Shown here: piece after piece, positions 9,613-18,539 of the stretch
How the letters are laid out: each line of letters begins with the position of its first letter
How positions within the stretch are numbered: position 1 is the first letter of the stretch
IMG/VR virus record: IMGVR_UViG_3300029258_005404
DNA length: 64,000 nucleotides
Source of the DNA: a virus
Direction: 5' to 3' (one strand)
The notes under the pieces: model-generated
The model's database searches: none
What the model saw: only the letters and a program-made list of their open reading frames with translations
What the model was told of the DNA's origin: nothing
Translations under genes and position numbers: made by a program

Positions 9613-10757
9613 AAGTACAAGAGTGATACTGGTGATTCGCCAGTGCGAAAATATTTATGTGGACGCGATGTTACATAGCGCAGGGACCTGCAGCGGGAGT
9701 CATTAACACTCCCGATTCCAGGTTCGGGCCTGAGTCCTACACCTGGAATCGGGTAGCATAATGACTCCCGCTGCAGGTGGTCGGCGCTAGTAACATCTGC
9801 TAAACCTGAATACACGATTTTAATCGGCTGAAATCCCGGAAAATGCGGTAGCTTTTCCGGGATAGCAGCACGATCTAAAATCGCTCATTAAGGTCTATCT
9901 TAGTTGTACTTCAAAAAGAATATTAAGCATGAGAGCTTTACACCTGATGTTTCGTCAGGGTAGCTTACCGCTAAAGCTGACATCCCTCACGAGTTGGTCG
10001 GAAAATAAATTCCTGTACCAATATCCGTCGGGATGACCGTCAGCTTTCGCTACTTTTCATCCCGACGAATGTTGGACCAGGAATTAATTTTCCTCTTGCC
10101 AACTCGCAGTGATGATCTATATTAGTCATGCTTTTGAGCGGGAAAGGTGATGAGTATCACCTTCCCGCCATTATTGTAAGGGCGAATCTGATGGTTCATC
10201 AGAAATGAAGTTAAATAAGTACACAGTATTGTGTTACCTGGAGGAACACGGGCCCATCCGCCCTGCCTGTTTCAGTCTTCTTACAGAAGACTTACACGGC
10301 GTGCGGTAGGGCCCGCCGTTCCCCAGCAAACCCAATCTGTATCAAAATTATAGTTACAATTTAATAACGCAAGTTGCTCAATCGAGACGTTTCGTCTCGG
10401 CCCGATTTTGGGTGCGCAGGCACCATCTGAAAAATTATTCCAGGTCCGTTCCCGGATACTCGGGTTCGCTGGAATAAGCGATACCCGGGTATCCGTTCAG
10501 GACCGTTTCACAATTTTTCAATAGGTGCTCTGCTTTCTTGACCAGCAAAATATTCTATATAGTTGCGTCAATGGCGTGAAAGGCGCTAATTTTTTTTAAA
10601 TAAGATTTGATATATAAGAATTAAAAAAAAAGGATGGTGTTTCGCCATCATGTTAATTAATTAAGACCTCAAAAATTGATGGTGCAGCTCGGCAACAGTC
10701 CTCAGTTTTAATCCTTGATAAGAATTAAAACTCACGGACTTTTTGCCCGGCTGCTCC
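9613..10757 (+). ncRNA. Large structured non-coding element (putative ~1.1 kb ncRNA or ncRNA cluster)
   Basis: No credible ORF over ~1.2 kb; the paired segments reach about 55% GC. Nested long-range helices (9613-9620/9904-9911; 9925-9932/10126-10133) and rod hairpins at 9667-9797, 9815-9883, 9990-10106, 10138-10168, 10238-10326, 10443-10504 and 10681-10757. Several stem imperfections are G-U wobbles on the + strand. Confidence 0.75.
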
Positions 10758-10826
10758 ACAATTTTTTTCACCTTGTAATATCAATATTAGTTATATATCA
10801 AATTACATTAATATTGGAGGGTTTTA

Positions 10827-11303
10827 TTGGTACTAATTGGAGGAATTATATATACTATAATTTTATTATTATGTATTATGTATTGCATCATACAACATCT
10901 TCAAAATAGAGAAACAAAGAAGCAATACATTCATATAATTAATGAATTAACTGAGTCAAGTGAACAAAAAATAGTTAATATAAACACATTGTATGAAAAG
11001 ATAGAGATGTTGACTGATGAAAAACTCTATTATAAAGATAGAGTTGATGATTTGGAAAAAGCTATAGAAACTGGATTTGGAATATCAGTACGAAAAAATG
11101 TTACAATTGTCAATACAGATTTACTTAAGTTTGACTATGTTATAATGCTTGCTGGTATTAATAAACTTATAAAAGACAATCCAGAAAAAATTGATGATAT
11201 AAAATATTATATTGAATTAATGGAAAAAATACAGGCAATTCTTGATAAAATGCCAGAAATACAAGAAGAAAAAGGAGCTAGTGAGATAATAAATGCAATA
11301 TGA
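10827..11303 (+). CDS. Hypothetical membrane-anchored coiled-coil protein
   Basis: N-terminal hydrophobic helix (VLIGGIIYTIILLLCIMYCII) followed by a helical region; GGAGG SD. Confidence 0.65.
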   Translation: MVLIGGIIYTIILLLCIMYCIIQHLQNRETKKQYIHIINELTESSEQKIVNINTLYEKIEMLTDEKLYYKDRVDDLEKAIETGFGISVRKNVTIVNTDLLKFDYVIMLAGINKLIKDNPEKIDDIKYYIELMEKIQAILDKMPEIQEEKGASEIINAI

Positions 11304-13368
11304 TTATGTTGGTGTAGATACAGAGACTACCGGCCTCAACCATCAGAATGATGAAATTGTTGAAGTTACAGCAATAGAGTTTAATCTATCTGGACAAATT
11401 GGTAAAAAATTATCGTATTTATGCAAACCAATGGCAGAATTTATACCAGTGGAAGCATCTAAAGTAAATGGTATTACTTACGAAATGGTAAAAGATAAAA
11501 GAACATATCTTAAAGATGGTGTGAGAGAAGAAATTGCTAAATTTATTGGTTCAAGAACTGCTGTCGGTCACAATATTGAAAGATTCGATCTTAAATTTCT
11601 TAAAATAAGACCGAAACGATATGAGGATACACTTCTCATGTGCAGAAGTAGGTTCTCAGGAGGCAATAAATTAAAAACAGCATGCATGAGACTTGGTATA
11701 AAATGGGATGACAAAGAGGCCCATAGGTCTGAATACGATACACTGCAATGTATTAAACTGTTTATTAAATTGAAAAATATTGAGGAACAGGAGAATACTA
11801 AAAAGCAAGAAATGCCATTATTTACTGTCGATACCGGTGATAAAAAAATACAAGAAGCAATGGTATCACTTGGTGTCACTCCAACACCTTCAGATAAAGA
11901 ATTAATGGCCACTCAAACATATTCATTTTCAAGAATAAATCTTTTTCATCAGTGTCCTTTTAAATGGTATATGCAGTACATAAAAAAGATAAAACAACCG
12001 GATGTAGATTATCTTGTTGCTGGTAAAATATGCCACAAAGCCGCTGAATGGTGCGGAGAGTGGGTCTATCGTGAGACATTTGCAATTAAACTTGCTGAGT
12101 ATGCAAGAGTAGAATCTCTTCCATTATCAGATAGAGCAAAAGGTGTTCTGGAAAAAGAATTTGATATAAAAACAGAAAATGCTACTTTTTATGATTTAGG
12201 ATATTATCTGTATAAACATCAAAATGAAATATCAGAGTACTTTCCTGATATGAAAGGTCTTGCGAGTCTGATATATAAAATTGATAATACCATTGATAGT
12301 AGCAATTACGAAAAACCTTCAATGCCAGATAGAGAGTCGTATGATAAAATAGTAAATCGCGCTGTGGCTTTTTATAAATGTACAAGTCCTGAAATAATAA
12401 TAGATGTTGGATTTATAATGGCAAGGTTTTACGAAAAACAAGATTTTTCATTATTACCTGGTGATATAATGCTGACAGAAAAAAGGCTTGCATTTGATCG
12501 TGATTGGAAATTATTGAAAGACTTTTATTCAAATAAAGCATTTATGCGCGGCATTATCGATGTACTGTCATATTTAGAAAATATTGTAGTAATAACAGAT
12601 TACAAAAGTTCAAGAAAAATGATGACAGTAGATCAATTAAAAGAAGATATGCAAATGAAAATATATATTCTTCTTGTATATCATCTTTTACCACCTGAAA
12701 GTTATAATAAATTCATTATCCGTATTGAATATATCAGATTTGGAGTTAGTGTTGAATATGAAATAACTGATGTAAAATCGGTTGCCGAATCTGCGCAGCA
12801 ATGGATAGATGATTCAATTCAAATGATAGAGGCTGAAATGTTAAAAACAGATAATGCATTTGAGCCTAAAAGAAATGAATATTGCCATACATGCTTTATT
12901 GCTGAAGATGGAAAATGTCCATTATTTAGTAAAAAATTTATAAATAATATTGACAATGTAGATCAATTTCTGATAAAAGATATTGAAGATTGTCAAATAG
13001 CATGGAAAAGGGTTGAAGCAAATAAAGCTGAAAATATACATTTAACAAAATTATGTAAAGCATTCGCTAATGGGTGCACAAATGAAATTAAGATTGATGA
13101 ACATGCATCTCTCGATTATTATGTAAAAGAAAACAGAGATTTTTTCTCACTTGCAACAATGAAACTTCTATTAGAAAAAGGTATTAAAATAGAGGATATT
13201 ATCAAAAAGTTCAGTATTACTGAATCCAAATTTAATGAGCTTATTGAAACAAAAAATATTGAACTTACTAATGATGAGCTCGAATCCATTTCTAAAGTAA
13301 AAAGAAAATCAACTTTTGAAGCTTGCACAAGAAAAGAAGCAAAATCAAAAGGATATATTAACGCATGA
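11293..13368 (+). CDS. DnaQ-like DEDDh exonuclease fused to a Cas4/AddB-like PD-(D/E)XK nuclease with Fe-S cysteines
   Basis: VGVDTETTGL / GHNIERFD / HRSEYD (DEDDh), then YSFSRINLFHQCPFKW, RGIIDVL...ITDYKSS...QMKIY and CHTC-x7-C. Confidence 0.85.
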   Translation: MQYDYVGVDTETTGLNHQNDEIVEVTAIEFNLSGQIGKKLSYLCKPMAEFIPVEASKVNGITYEMVKDKRTYLKDGVREEIAKFIGSRTAVGHNIERFDLKFLKIRPKRYEDTLLMCRSRFSGGNKLKTACMRLGIKWDDKEAHRSEYDTLQCIKLFIKLKNIEEQENTKKQEMPLFTVDTGDKKIQEAMVSLGVTPTPSDKELMATQTYSFSRINLFHQCPFKWYMQYIKKIKQPDVDYLVAGKICHKAAEWCGEWVYRETFAIKLAEYARVESLPLSDRAKGVLEKEFDIKTENATFYDLGYYLYKHQNEISEYFPDMKGLASLIYKIDNTIDSSNYEKPSMPDRESYDKIVNRAVAFYKCTSPEIIIDVGFIMARFYEKQDFSLLPGDIMLTEKRLAFDRDWKLLKDFYSNKAFMRGIIDVLSYLENIVVITDYKSSRKMMTVDQLKEDMQMKIYILLVYHLLPPESYNKFIIRIEYIRFGVSVEYEITDVKSVAESAQQWIDDSIQMIEAEMLKTDNAFEPKRNEYCHTCFIAEDGKCPLFSKKFINNIDNVDQFLIKDIEDCQIAWKRVEANKAENIHLTKLCKAFANGCTNEIKIDEHASLDYYVKENRDFFSLATMKLLLEKGIKIEDIIKKFSITESKFNELIETKNIELTNDELESISKVKRKSTFEACTRKEAKSKGYINA

Positions 13369-13530
13369 CCCGTTGAAACTACTGCTCTCCCCCGAGACAG
13401 TATGTTTCAAAGGAGGGTCTATGCGTTTTATCTTTCTCGCAATGTTAGTCAGATTTATTAGTATACAGATTGAAATATTACTATGGAATCTGTTTTTCAA
13501 ATTTTTACGCAAACTTTTTAATCGTATTGG

Positions 13531-13564
13531 CTGGGGCGTATAATAACGCCCCGGTATCTTTTTC
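13531..13564 (+). terminator. Probable terminator
   Basis: GGGGCGT-ataata-ACGCCCC hairpin followed by tatcttttt. Confidence 0.55.
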
Positions 13565-13575
13565 AAAGGTGGTAT

Positions 13576-14301
13576 ATGGAAAAAGTGGTAATTAAAGCAA
13601 AAAATATTACCATAAGGGATGAAGAAATACTTAACAGATTAAAAAAATTAAAAATAGAATTTATTCATCTCGTAGCCCATAAAGAGGAAAATGGTTCCGT
13701 TTGTATAATTGCAAAACAACCAGAAAACGATGAATTAACTATACCGACATGGTATTATAAAATATCAATTAGTAATAATTCAGCTTCAATAAGAACTCCA
13801 AATTTCTTAAAAAAATATTTGAGAAAAACTGTATATTGTTATATAGAAAGACTATTTAAAGAAAAAAACGAATTATTCAGGATGCAAGCTGTAAATTTTA
13901 TGCTTGATATTAATAGTAAAAAAGATAGAAGAACTGCAATTGATAAATTTCCTTATTTTACAAAAAATGGCGAATTTGTAATTCCTCAATATTATTTAAA
14001 TAAAAATCTTAAGCATCAATTTTGTAAAATGAAGGTATCTATGAGTAGAACAAACAAAAATATATTAAATCAAAATTTTATATTTGTATTTTTAATAAAA
14101 TTAAAAGATTCGCATTTAATCAAAGACAATAATCTTTTTGGTTTTAGAAAATTTTCTAATGGGATAAGAACTAAAAAACTTACTTTTTTTATTGAATATC
14201 TAAAAAAGAATAATAAGACTTTGAACAATTATCGATATATAACAACTGTTCCTTATAATAATTATCCATACGGGTTAATAGTTTTCGAGGAGAAAAGATG
14301 A
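13576..14301 (+). CDS. Basic hypothetical protein
   Basis: 241-aa Lys-rich ORF coupled to the next gene; no confident family. Confidence 0.6.
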   Translation: MEKVVIKAKNITIRDEEILNRLKKLKIEFIHLVAHKEENGSVCIIAKQPENDELTIPTWYYKISISNNSASIRTPNFLKKYLRKTVYCYIERLFKEKNELFRMQAVNFMLDINSKKDRRTAIDKFPYFTKNGEFVIPQYYLNKNLKHQFCKMKVSMSRTNKNILNQNFIFVFLIKLKDSHLIKDNNLFGFRKFSNGIRTKKLTFFIEYLKKNNKTLNNYRYITTVPYNNYPYGLIVFEEKR

Positions 14302-14765
14302 ATGAAGAAAAATACCTTGATTACGCAAAAGCCCTTGATGCATTAAATTCTGCAGAAAGAGAATTATGTAATAGAAAAAGAGCCTTACAAATAATAAAGG
14401 ATGAATTAACATCAGAAGGCAACGACGGAAGTTGTGGTGTAGATATATCAGATCATGCTTTTAAACAAGTGTCTGAAAGGCTTGAGGACTTGGTAATGGA
14501 ATACCCTTTTATTTATAGGGATGTAATAAAAGCTGAAGAGCCAAATGAATCATTACTTCTTGCATCAAATATGAAATCATTTATAATAACAATGCTTGCA
14601 AATGCAAAATTAAAAGGAAAAGAAATTGAGAATGATTCAAAAAGTGGCGGAAAAGAATACAGATTTATTATTGATATAGGAAAATGGAGTAGAGATAAAA
14701 CTCTTCAATTTGTTGCTATTGTAGAAAATAATAATATAAAAACTGCTTTCTTTAATTGGGTGTAA
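14298..14765 (+). CDS. Hypothetical protein (coiled coil + possible DUF4258/RelE-like fold)
   Basis: ISDHAFKQVSERL resembles the HAxxRxxER motif; C-terminal VAIVENNNIKTAFF resembles the last strands of BECR-fold proteins. Confidence 0.5.
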   Translation: MNEEKYLDYAKALDALNSAERELCNRKRALQIIKDELTSEGNDGSCGVDISDHAFKQVSERLEDLVMEYPFIYRDVIKAEEPNESLLLASNMKSFIITMLANAKLKGKEIENDSKSGGKEYRFIIDIGKWSRDKTLQFVAIVENNNIKTAFFNWV

Positions 14766-16549
14766 TTATGAAAATAAGCATTCTCAATAAGTATCAGTTT
14801 CTTATAGGGTGTAATGATAAGCTCCTTCTTGGAAAAATGAAGGAAATGATGAATGGTAAAAAAGTAAGAGGGTATAATAGAATAATTATACCTTTAAAAT
14901 CTGGGCCAAAAATATATCGGTTCAAAAAATATGGAATAGAATGGGGAGACGGAGCGCAGAGGCTTATTAATAATATTTTAGCAAATACAAAGAAGCGTAC
15001 TCAGGTTATTGCTAAAATAAAAAATCAGTATGGCAGTAATATTAAATTCGATTATGATTATCAGGGTTCATATGAACCTATGGAGCATCAAAAAATATTA
15101 TTTAACATGATGGTATATCCTGAAGTGTCATGTATCATAGCAGATACTGGTACATGTAAAACTGGTCCATATTTATGGGCAATTGACAAAAGAATACAAA
15201 GAGGACAAGTTAGAAAAGCGCTTGTTATCACAATGACGGATTTGAAAAAAAATGTTCTGGAAGAAATGAAGGTTCAGGTTCCTCATTTAAGAGGTGTAAT
15301 ATTAAAAAATAAAACTCAATCTAACAATGTAATTAATAAAACTTATAAAATTAAAAAAAAGAATATGGACTACGATATTTATATAGGAAATTACGAATCC
15401 ATGTTCTCAGTGTTAAGTATAACACCAGATGATTATTTTGATATGGTTATTCTTGATGAGGCCCATAGAATTGGCAGCCCACATTCGAGACAAACTAAAA
15501 AAATAGTTAAAAAATTTGAAAACTGTAAATTTAAATATATAGTTACAGCCACATTGATATCAAACAATCTTATGTCATTTTTTATGCCTTTTAGATTTCT
15601 TGGTACAGACACAATACCTTATGCAAAACATGACGAATTCAGAGGGCAATTTATGCATCCTGTTGATCAGGATAGGCATGTGTGGATTCCTAATGATGGC
15701 TCAGAAGAAAAGGTTTCTGTAATAATAGGAAAAATATCAGCATCATTTAAAAAAGAAGATTGTCTTAATCTTCCGCCATTAATACGGGAAAAAGTAACAT
15801 GTGACATGGGATCAGAGCAATTAAGATTATATAATTCAATGAAAAAAGATTGTATAGCAATTATTGAAGATATGTGCAAACTGTGTAGCAGTAAAGGAAA
15901 ATGTGACATGTCTTGTGAGCAAACACTTATTGCCCAAAATGCGTTGACACTTACAACAAAACTTCAACAAATAGCATCTGGATTTTATATTAATTCAAGA
16001 ACAAAAATATCACCAGATGGAAAAGAAATCAAAGAAAAAAGTATTATCACTCTTGAAGAAAATCCGAAATTAAGATTACTTATTCAAGTTTTAAATAATA
16101 TTCCTTCAAATAAAAAAGTAATTATATGGGCGCATTATGTTCCAGCAATAGAACTTATCAAGAAGGCTATTGGTAATGCTTTTGGTGAAAATAGATATCT
16201 TACCTGTTATTTAAAACAGGATGCTTTTGAACAAGTACAGAAATTTAGAGACCCACAATATCGATTTTTAATTGGAAATCAAAAAAAAATGGGTCACGGG
16301 CATAATATACAATTTTCTAATTATCAGGTATTTTTTTGTAATCCATATTCATATATTCAGCGCGACCAGGCGGAAGGGAGGCAATACAGAAAAGGTCAAG
16401 AGCTATCAGTGACAGTTATAGATTTAGTAACAAAGCTTACTATTGACGAGGTAGTATTAAAGGCTTTGGGTGCCAAAGTTGATTTATCCATGAGTCTCGA
16501 ACAATGGGCAAGAGTCCTAAAAAAAGGACCTGATGCATTAGAGCTATAA
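14756..16549 (+). CDS. SNF2-family (SF2) helicase/ATPase
   Basis: EHQK (Q motif), ADTGTCKT (Walker A), ILDEAH, TATLISN, GHGHNIQ, QAEGRQYRKGQ. Confidence 0.9.
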   Translation: MGVIMKISILNKYQFLIGCNDKLLLGKMKEMMNGKKVRGYNRIIIPLKSGPKIYRFKKYGIEWGDGAQRLINNILANTKKRTQVIAKIKNQYGSNIKFDYDYQGSYEPMEHQKILFNMMVYPEVSCIIADTGTCKTGPYLWAIDKRIQRGQVRKALVITMTDLKKNVLEEMKVQVPHLRGVILKNKTQSNNVINKTYKIKKKNMDYDIYIGNYESMFSVLSITPDDYFDMVILDEAHRIGSPHSRQTKKIVKKFENCKFKYIVTATLISNNLMSFFMPFRFLGTDTIPYAKHDEFRGQFMHPVDQDRHVWIPNDGSEEKVSVIIGKISASFKKEDCLNLPPLIREKVTCDMGSEQLRLYNSMKKDCIAIIEDMCKLCSSKGKCDMSCEQTLIAQNALTLTTKLQQIASGFYINSRTKISPDGKEIKEKSIITLEENPKLRLLIQVLNNIPSNKKVIIWAHYVPAIELIKKAIGNAFGENRYLTCYLKQDAFEQVQKFRDPQYRFLIGNQKKMGHGHNIQFSNYQVFFCNPYSYIQRDQAEGRQYRKGQELSVTVIDLVTKLTIDEVVLKALGAKVDLSMSLEQWARVLKKGPDALEL

Positions 16550-16572
16550 TTGTTAAAAATAAAATAAATTGT

Positions 16573-16605
16573 AAAGGGGCTGCTATTTCTTTTAGCGGCC
16601 CTTTT
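16573..16605 (+). terminator. Rho-independent terminator
   Basis: AAAGGGGCTGCTA / TAGCGGCCCTTTT stem. Confidence 0.75.
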
Positions 16606-16625
16606 CATTTAACAAAGGAGCCCTT

Positions 16626-17186
16626 ATGGGATTTAAAAAAATGACAGCTGCGACATTGCTAAAGCGGCTAAAAAAAATAAAAACCTGCATTGATAAAGGC
16701 GGGAAGACTTCGCTTAACGAAGTATGTAATGAGTTTTTGAAGACTTCTGTTTATTCAAGAGCTTTTATGAAACACAATCCTGTTCATAGATTAAAAAATG
16801 GGACTCTTCGGTGGAATGGATTGGCAGTTAATTTAAAATTAGCTGAGACAATCTTAAAAGAGGGAAGGGAAACAGCTAGGCTAATGGCTAAAGCAAAAAG
16901 AAAAATTGAAACGGCAGGTAGCATACAGCCTCGTTCTGTTGATATCAACGAAATGCTTGATAAAACAACTCTCAATAAAATTGCCAAATCACTTGGTGTG
17001 TCAGATAATGTTGATACATCAAAAACGCTTGAAGCTATACTCAATTCCATTAAAGAAATAAAAGGTAACATTGCCGAACTTCGTTATGATATTGATAGGA
17101 TAAAGTCTGGCATGTGGGATTTACACGCCGACCATAAAGAACGATTGGCTGAAACTATAACCCAACAGATTGGAGCACAAATTTAA
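16626..17186 (+). CDS. Hypothetical protein
   Basis: 186 aa, AAGGAG SD, C-terminal coiled coil. Confidence 0.65.
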   Translation: MGFKKMTAATLLKRLKKIKTCIDKGGKTSLNEVCNEFLKTSVYSRAFMKHNPVHRLKNGTLRWNGLAVNLKLAETILKEGRETARLMAKAKRKIETAGSIQPRSVDINEMLDKTTLNKIAKSLGVSDNVDTSKTLEAILNSIKEIKGNIAELRYDIDRIKSGMWDLHADHKERLAETITQQIGAQI

Positions 17187-17189
17187 TAT

Positions 17190-17798
17190 ATGACAAACAC
17201 TCCTATAATAAGACCTAAAATAACAAAGGAGTTGCGGCTAAGAATTTATAAAGAAATAATAGATTTTCCTGAAATCGGTGGAACTGAAATAATGGATAAT
17301 TTAATTCAGGAAGATCCAAGAAATGCAGCATTTTTTTTCAGCAGTAGAGTTGATAAAACTTTCACTTTAGAAGAGCTGATGATGATATATCGATGCAAAA
17401 CTATTGCTGAAGCAAAAAAAATGTATCGAAAACTTGGCCGCAATAGATCAGACGAATTCTCTATGAATAATGCTGTTATCACTCGGGCAAAAACCTGGCT
17501 CAATAAAAATCATGCCCCAAAAACACCAAACGGCGCTGTGTATGGTGCATCAGGCCTTGGTTATGTTACTGAAAACGCACTTAATATGAATAGAGCCGCA
17601 CGATGGATGTATCCACGTTTAAGGCAAATGCAACATGAATGCATGGCCTGGAACAAAACAGCTGAAAGACTTGATAGATCCGACTCCCCCGAGCGGAAAA
17701 AGGTTTCTGAAGCTGTTCGTAGATGGGTGTCAAAGGCTATGGTTTATAGAGAGATTAAAGATAATACTGATGGAATTCGTGATCAATTTTTACATTAA
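17190..17798 (+). CDS. Hypothetical protein
   Basis: 202-aa basic ORF followed by a terminator. Confidence 0.65.
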   Translation: MTNTPIIRPKITKELRLRIYKEIIDFPEIGGTEIMDNLIQEDPRNAAFFFSSRVDKTFTLEELMMIYRCKTIAEAKKMYRKLGRNRSDEFSMNNAVITRAKTWLNKNHAPKTPNGAVYGASGLGYVTENALNMNRAARWMYPRLRQMQHECMAWNKTAERLDRSDSPERKKVSEAVRRWVSKAMVYREIKDNTDGIRDQFLH

Positions 17799-17828
17799 AA
17801 GGCGGGGCTTCTTAGCCCCTCCTTTATT
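17798..17828 (+). terminator. Rho-independent terminator
   Basis: AAAGGCGGGGCT-tctt-AGCCCCTCCTTT stem. Confidence 0.7.
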
Positions 17829-17848
17829 AATTTGTTATAGGAGGGTAC

Positions 17849-18136
17849 GTGAGTAGTAAAAGGTTTAGCAAAGAACAAATGCAATTAATGGTTAATAGGC
17901 ATGGATCTGATCAAAAAATAGCTGATGCATTAGGGACAACTCGCCAGAATATACAACAGCAAAGAAATAACCTTGATATCGATCCATATAAAAAAACAGT
18001 ATTAAGAAAAAGAAATGCAGATATATTAAGAATGAGAAATAATGGATGGATTATTAGTGATATAGCTCATAAATTTAAATTATCAGAACGACAGATAATT
18101 AGAATAATAAAAAGGGGAAATAATGAAAATAATTAA
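17849..18136 (+). CDS. Double helix-turn-helix DNA-binding protein
   Basis: Two HTH-like segments, DQKIADALGTTRQNI and ISDIAHKFKLSERQIIRII; AGGAGG SD before GTG. Confidence 0.75.
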   Translation: MSSKRFSKEQMQLMVNRHGSDQKIADALGTTRQNIQQQRNNLDIDPYKKTVLRKRNADILRMRNNGWIISDIAHKFKLSERQIIRIIKRGNNENN

Positions 18137-18539
18137 TTCCGCTATATTAGAACTTGCTCTTGAATTCGCAGCAGGTGAAGCATATCAATGTGAAGTAATT
18201 GATACAGAAATGGAAGATTCATTAATAGGCTGCAATGCAGAATATGAATCAGCTGAAGAATGGATCAGAAACAAAGTTAAATGGTGGATTGATTCAGTCT
18301 CGGAAAAATTTAAAACATTTCACCAATCAAAGACAATCGAATATAATGAGTATACCGTTAAAGCTGCTCATATTTTTTATAAACTAAAGCTTGGTGAAAC
18401 TATTAATATAAATGACCAAACAATGATAACAAGAGTCCCTGGTGGATGGATGTGGGTTTCAGTATCACATCCAAGAAATGGGACATTTATTCCATATAAT
18501 AATGAATTTATATCAATTATTGAAGGAGAAAGTGATTAA
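18123..18539 (+). CDS. Hypothetical protein
   Basis: 138 aa, coupled to both neighbours (TAATG junction at 18539). Confidence 0.6.
   Translation: MKIINSAILELALEFAAGEAYQCEVIDTEMEDSLIGCNAEYESAEEWIRNKVKWWIDSVSEKFKTFHQSKTIEYNEYTVKAAHIFYKLKLGETININDQTMITRVPGGWMWVSVSHPRNGTFIPYNNEFISIIEGESD

Noticed and set aside
9582-9815. 77-aa minus-strand ORF inside the structured element, and ORF 10715-10909
   Set aside because: No SD, odd composition, and they overlap near-palindromic stems; better explained as by-products of the non-coding structure.
9943-10400. Hammerhead ribozyme (GACGAAAC on the minus strand; CTGATG nearby)
   Set aside because: No CUGAUGA core at the right position or orientation relative to the GAAAC; these are simple hairpins.
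10440-10505. SRP RNA-like CAGGTCCG, or a tRNA T-arm (GGTTCG)
   Set aside because: Lacks the GNRA/AGCAG of SRP helix 8 and any cloverleaf or CCA end.
9613-10757. Group I or group II intron, tmRNA or RNase P identity for the structured region
   Set aside because: No group II domain V, no convincing group I P7 (R/S) elements, no interrupted flanking gene, and no tmRNA or RNase P consensus found by eye; a covariance-model search is still needed.
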